Origin: Alkalispirochaeta sp.
GTDB lineage: Bacteria > Spirochaetota > Spirochaetia > DSM-27196 > Alkalispirochaetaceae
Assembly: GCA_965242725.1 (NCBI GenBank)
Contig: CBDESZ010000004.1
Coordinates: forward strand, 32,001 to 96,000
DNA length: 64,000 bases
Direction of reading: 5' to 3'
Shown: positions 63,079 through 64,000 of the stretch, in pieces
Numbering within the stretch: the first letter of the stretch is position 1
How the letters are laid out: each line of letters opens with the position of its first letter
The notes under the pieces: model-generated
Seen by the model: the letters and a program-made list of their open reading frames with translations, nothing else
The model's database searches: none
What the model was told of the DNA's origin: nothing
Program-made: the position numbers and the translations under genes

Positions 63079-63705
63079 GTGATCGCCTCGGAGGTCATTC
63101 CCCGCGTCTTTCTCGGTCTGGAACTGGAAGGAATTACCTACGCCCTCGTCGGTCTCATCCGTCTCATTCTTGGTGGTGCCGCTGTTTTTCTCGCTCTGCG
63201 GGTCGTCGGGCGCCGGTTTCGAGATATCGGCCTCGTCTCCGCGCATCTGACCGGTGATCTGGCGATCGGCGCGTCCGTTGCCGTGGCATTTGCTCTGATA
63301 CAGTTTCTCGTGATCATACGCAATACCGGGGGTGCCGGGCGAAGCGATGTGGCCGCCAACGCCGCCCAGATCGGCACGTCTTTCCTGGGCGTTCCGGGAT
63401 TTGTGATCCTCGCGTGGACGGGGGCGTTCAGTGAAGAGCTCTTTTTTCGCGGCCACTTTTTCACAGCCCTGCGGAAACTTCTCGGCCCGTCCCGGCTCGC
63501 CCTCGTTGTTGCCGTCGCCGCGACGGTAGTCCTCTTTGCCGCAGGTCATGGGTATCAGGGATGGGCGGGGATCGTCGATACCGGATTCTACGGCGGTCTG
63601 ACCCTTACCGTACTTTTCGTCTGGCGGCGCCGGCTGACGCCGTGCATCGTCGCTCACGCGCTGTGGAACACCCTTGCGACCGTCGTAATCTATTGGTGGT
63701 ATTGA
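63079..63705 (+). CDS. CPBP/CAAX family intramembrane protease
   Basis: EELFFRG, FAAGH, AHALWN. Frame stays open ~90 bp upstream. Confidence 0.85.
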   Translation: MIASEVIPRVFLGLELEGITYALVGLIRLILGGAAVFLALRVVGRRFRDIGLVSAHLTGDLAIGASVAVAFALIQFLVIIRNTGGAGRSDVAANAAQIGTSFLGVPGFVILAWTGAFSEELFFRGHFFTALRKLLGPSRLALVVAVAATVVLFAAGHGYQGWAGIVDTGFYGGLTLTVLFVWRRRLTPCIVAHALWNTLATVVIYWWY

Positions 63706-63831
63706 AGAGGCCTATCATCACGGACAGCAGAGGGTGGTATCGCGTTACACTATCGAAGGGTATTTCACAATAGAAATAGTAAAATACCGTAAATATTGCG
63801 AAATGCCATGTAGTCCCGTTATACTTTGAAC

Positions 63832-64000
63832 ATGAAAACGACGCTGGATATCCCCGACGCCCTCTACGGAAAGGTAAAGGGTCTCGCCGCGGCGAGGGGA
63901 GTGTCCGTCCGCTCTCTGGTGGTTCAGACTCTGGAACGGGCGGTAAACAATACGGAAGAACGGCCCTGGATGGATCTGTTCGGCATCATGGCCGGTGAAG
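63832..64000 (+). CDS. CopG/VapB-like antitoxin (partial)
   Basis: MKTTLDIPDALYGKVK...PWMDLFG. Confidence 0.7.
   Translation, partial: MKTTLDIPDALYGKVKGLAAARGVSVRSLVVQTLERAVNNTEERPWMDLFGIMAGE

Overview
GC-rich (roughly 60% by eye) bacterial chromosome segment. Gene content (many MCP/PAS kinases, FapA, YesMN-ABC sugar locus) is compatible with a free-living spirochaete, but taxonomy cannot be fixed from this window. Left (1-12.6 kb): divergent ilvC/ilvY, a uxuA-like dehydratase and a two-component/HD-GYP/FapA signalling cluster. Centre (12.6-34.8 kb): a defence island with MNT-HEPN, a WYL regulator, a visibly lower-GC type I-E cas operon (cas3 in two ORFs, cas8e, cse2, cas7, cas5, cas6e, cas1, cas2), an IS21-family element inserted into the first CRISPR repeat, an array of about 102 spacers that ends in a chimeric I-E/I-C repeat plus a type I-C remnant, and decayed HEPN/MNT/VapBC genes. 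The best signal is a degenerate two-repeat mini-array upstream of cas3. Its short spacer matches, with an AAG PAM, a site just upstream of the -35 box of the predicted cas promoter, i.e. a candidate crRNA-like autorepressor. Right (34.9-64 kb): YesMN + sugar ABC + GH78, MCP/CheW, several VapBC modules and remnants, truncated mgsA and prpR-like genes, a ROK kinase, and a TauE/anSME/FGE cluster. Several single-base frameshifts and a C28 tract suggest residual sequencing error.
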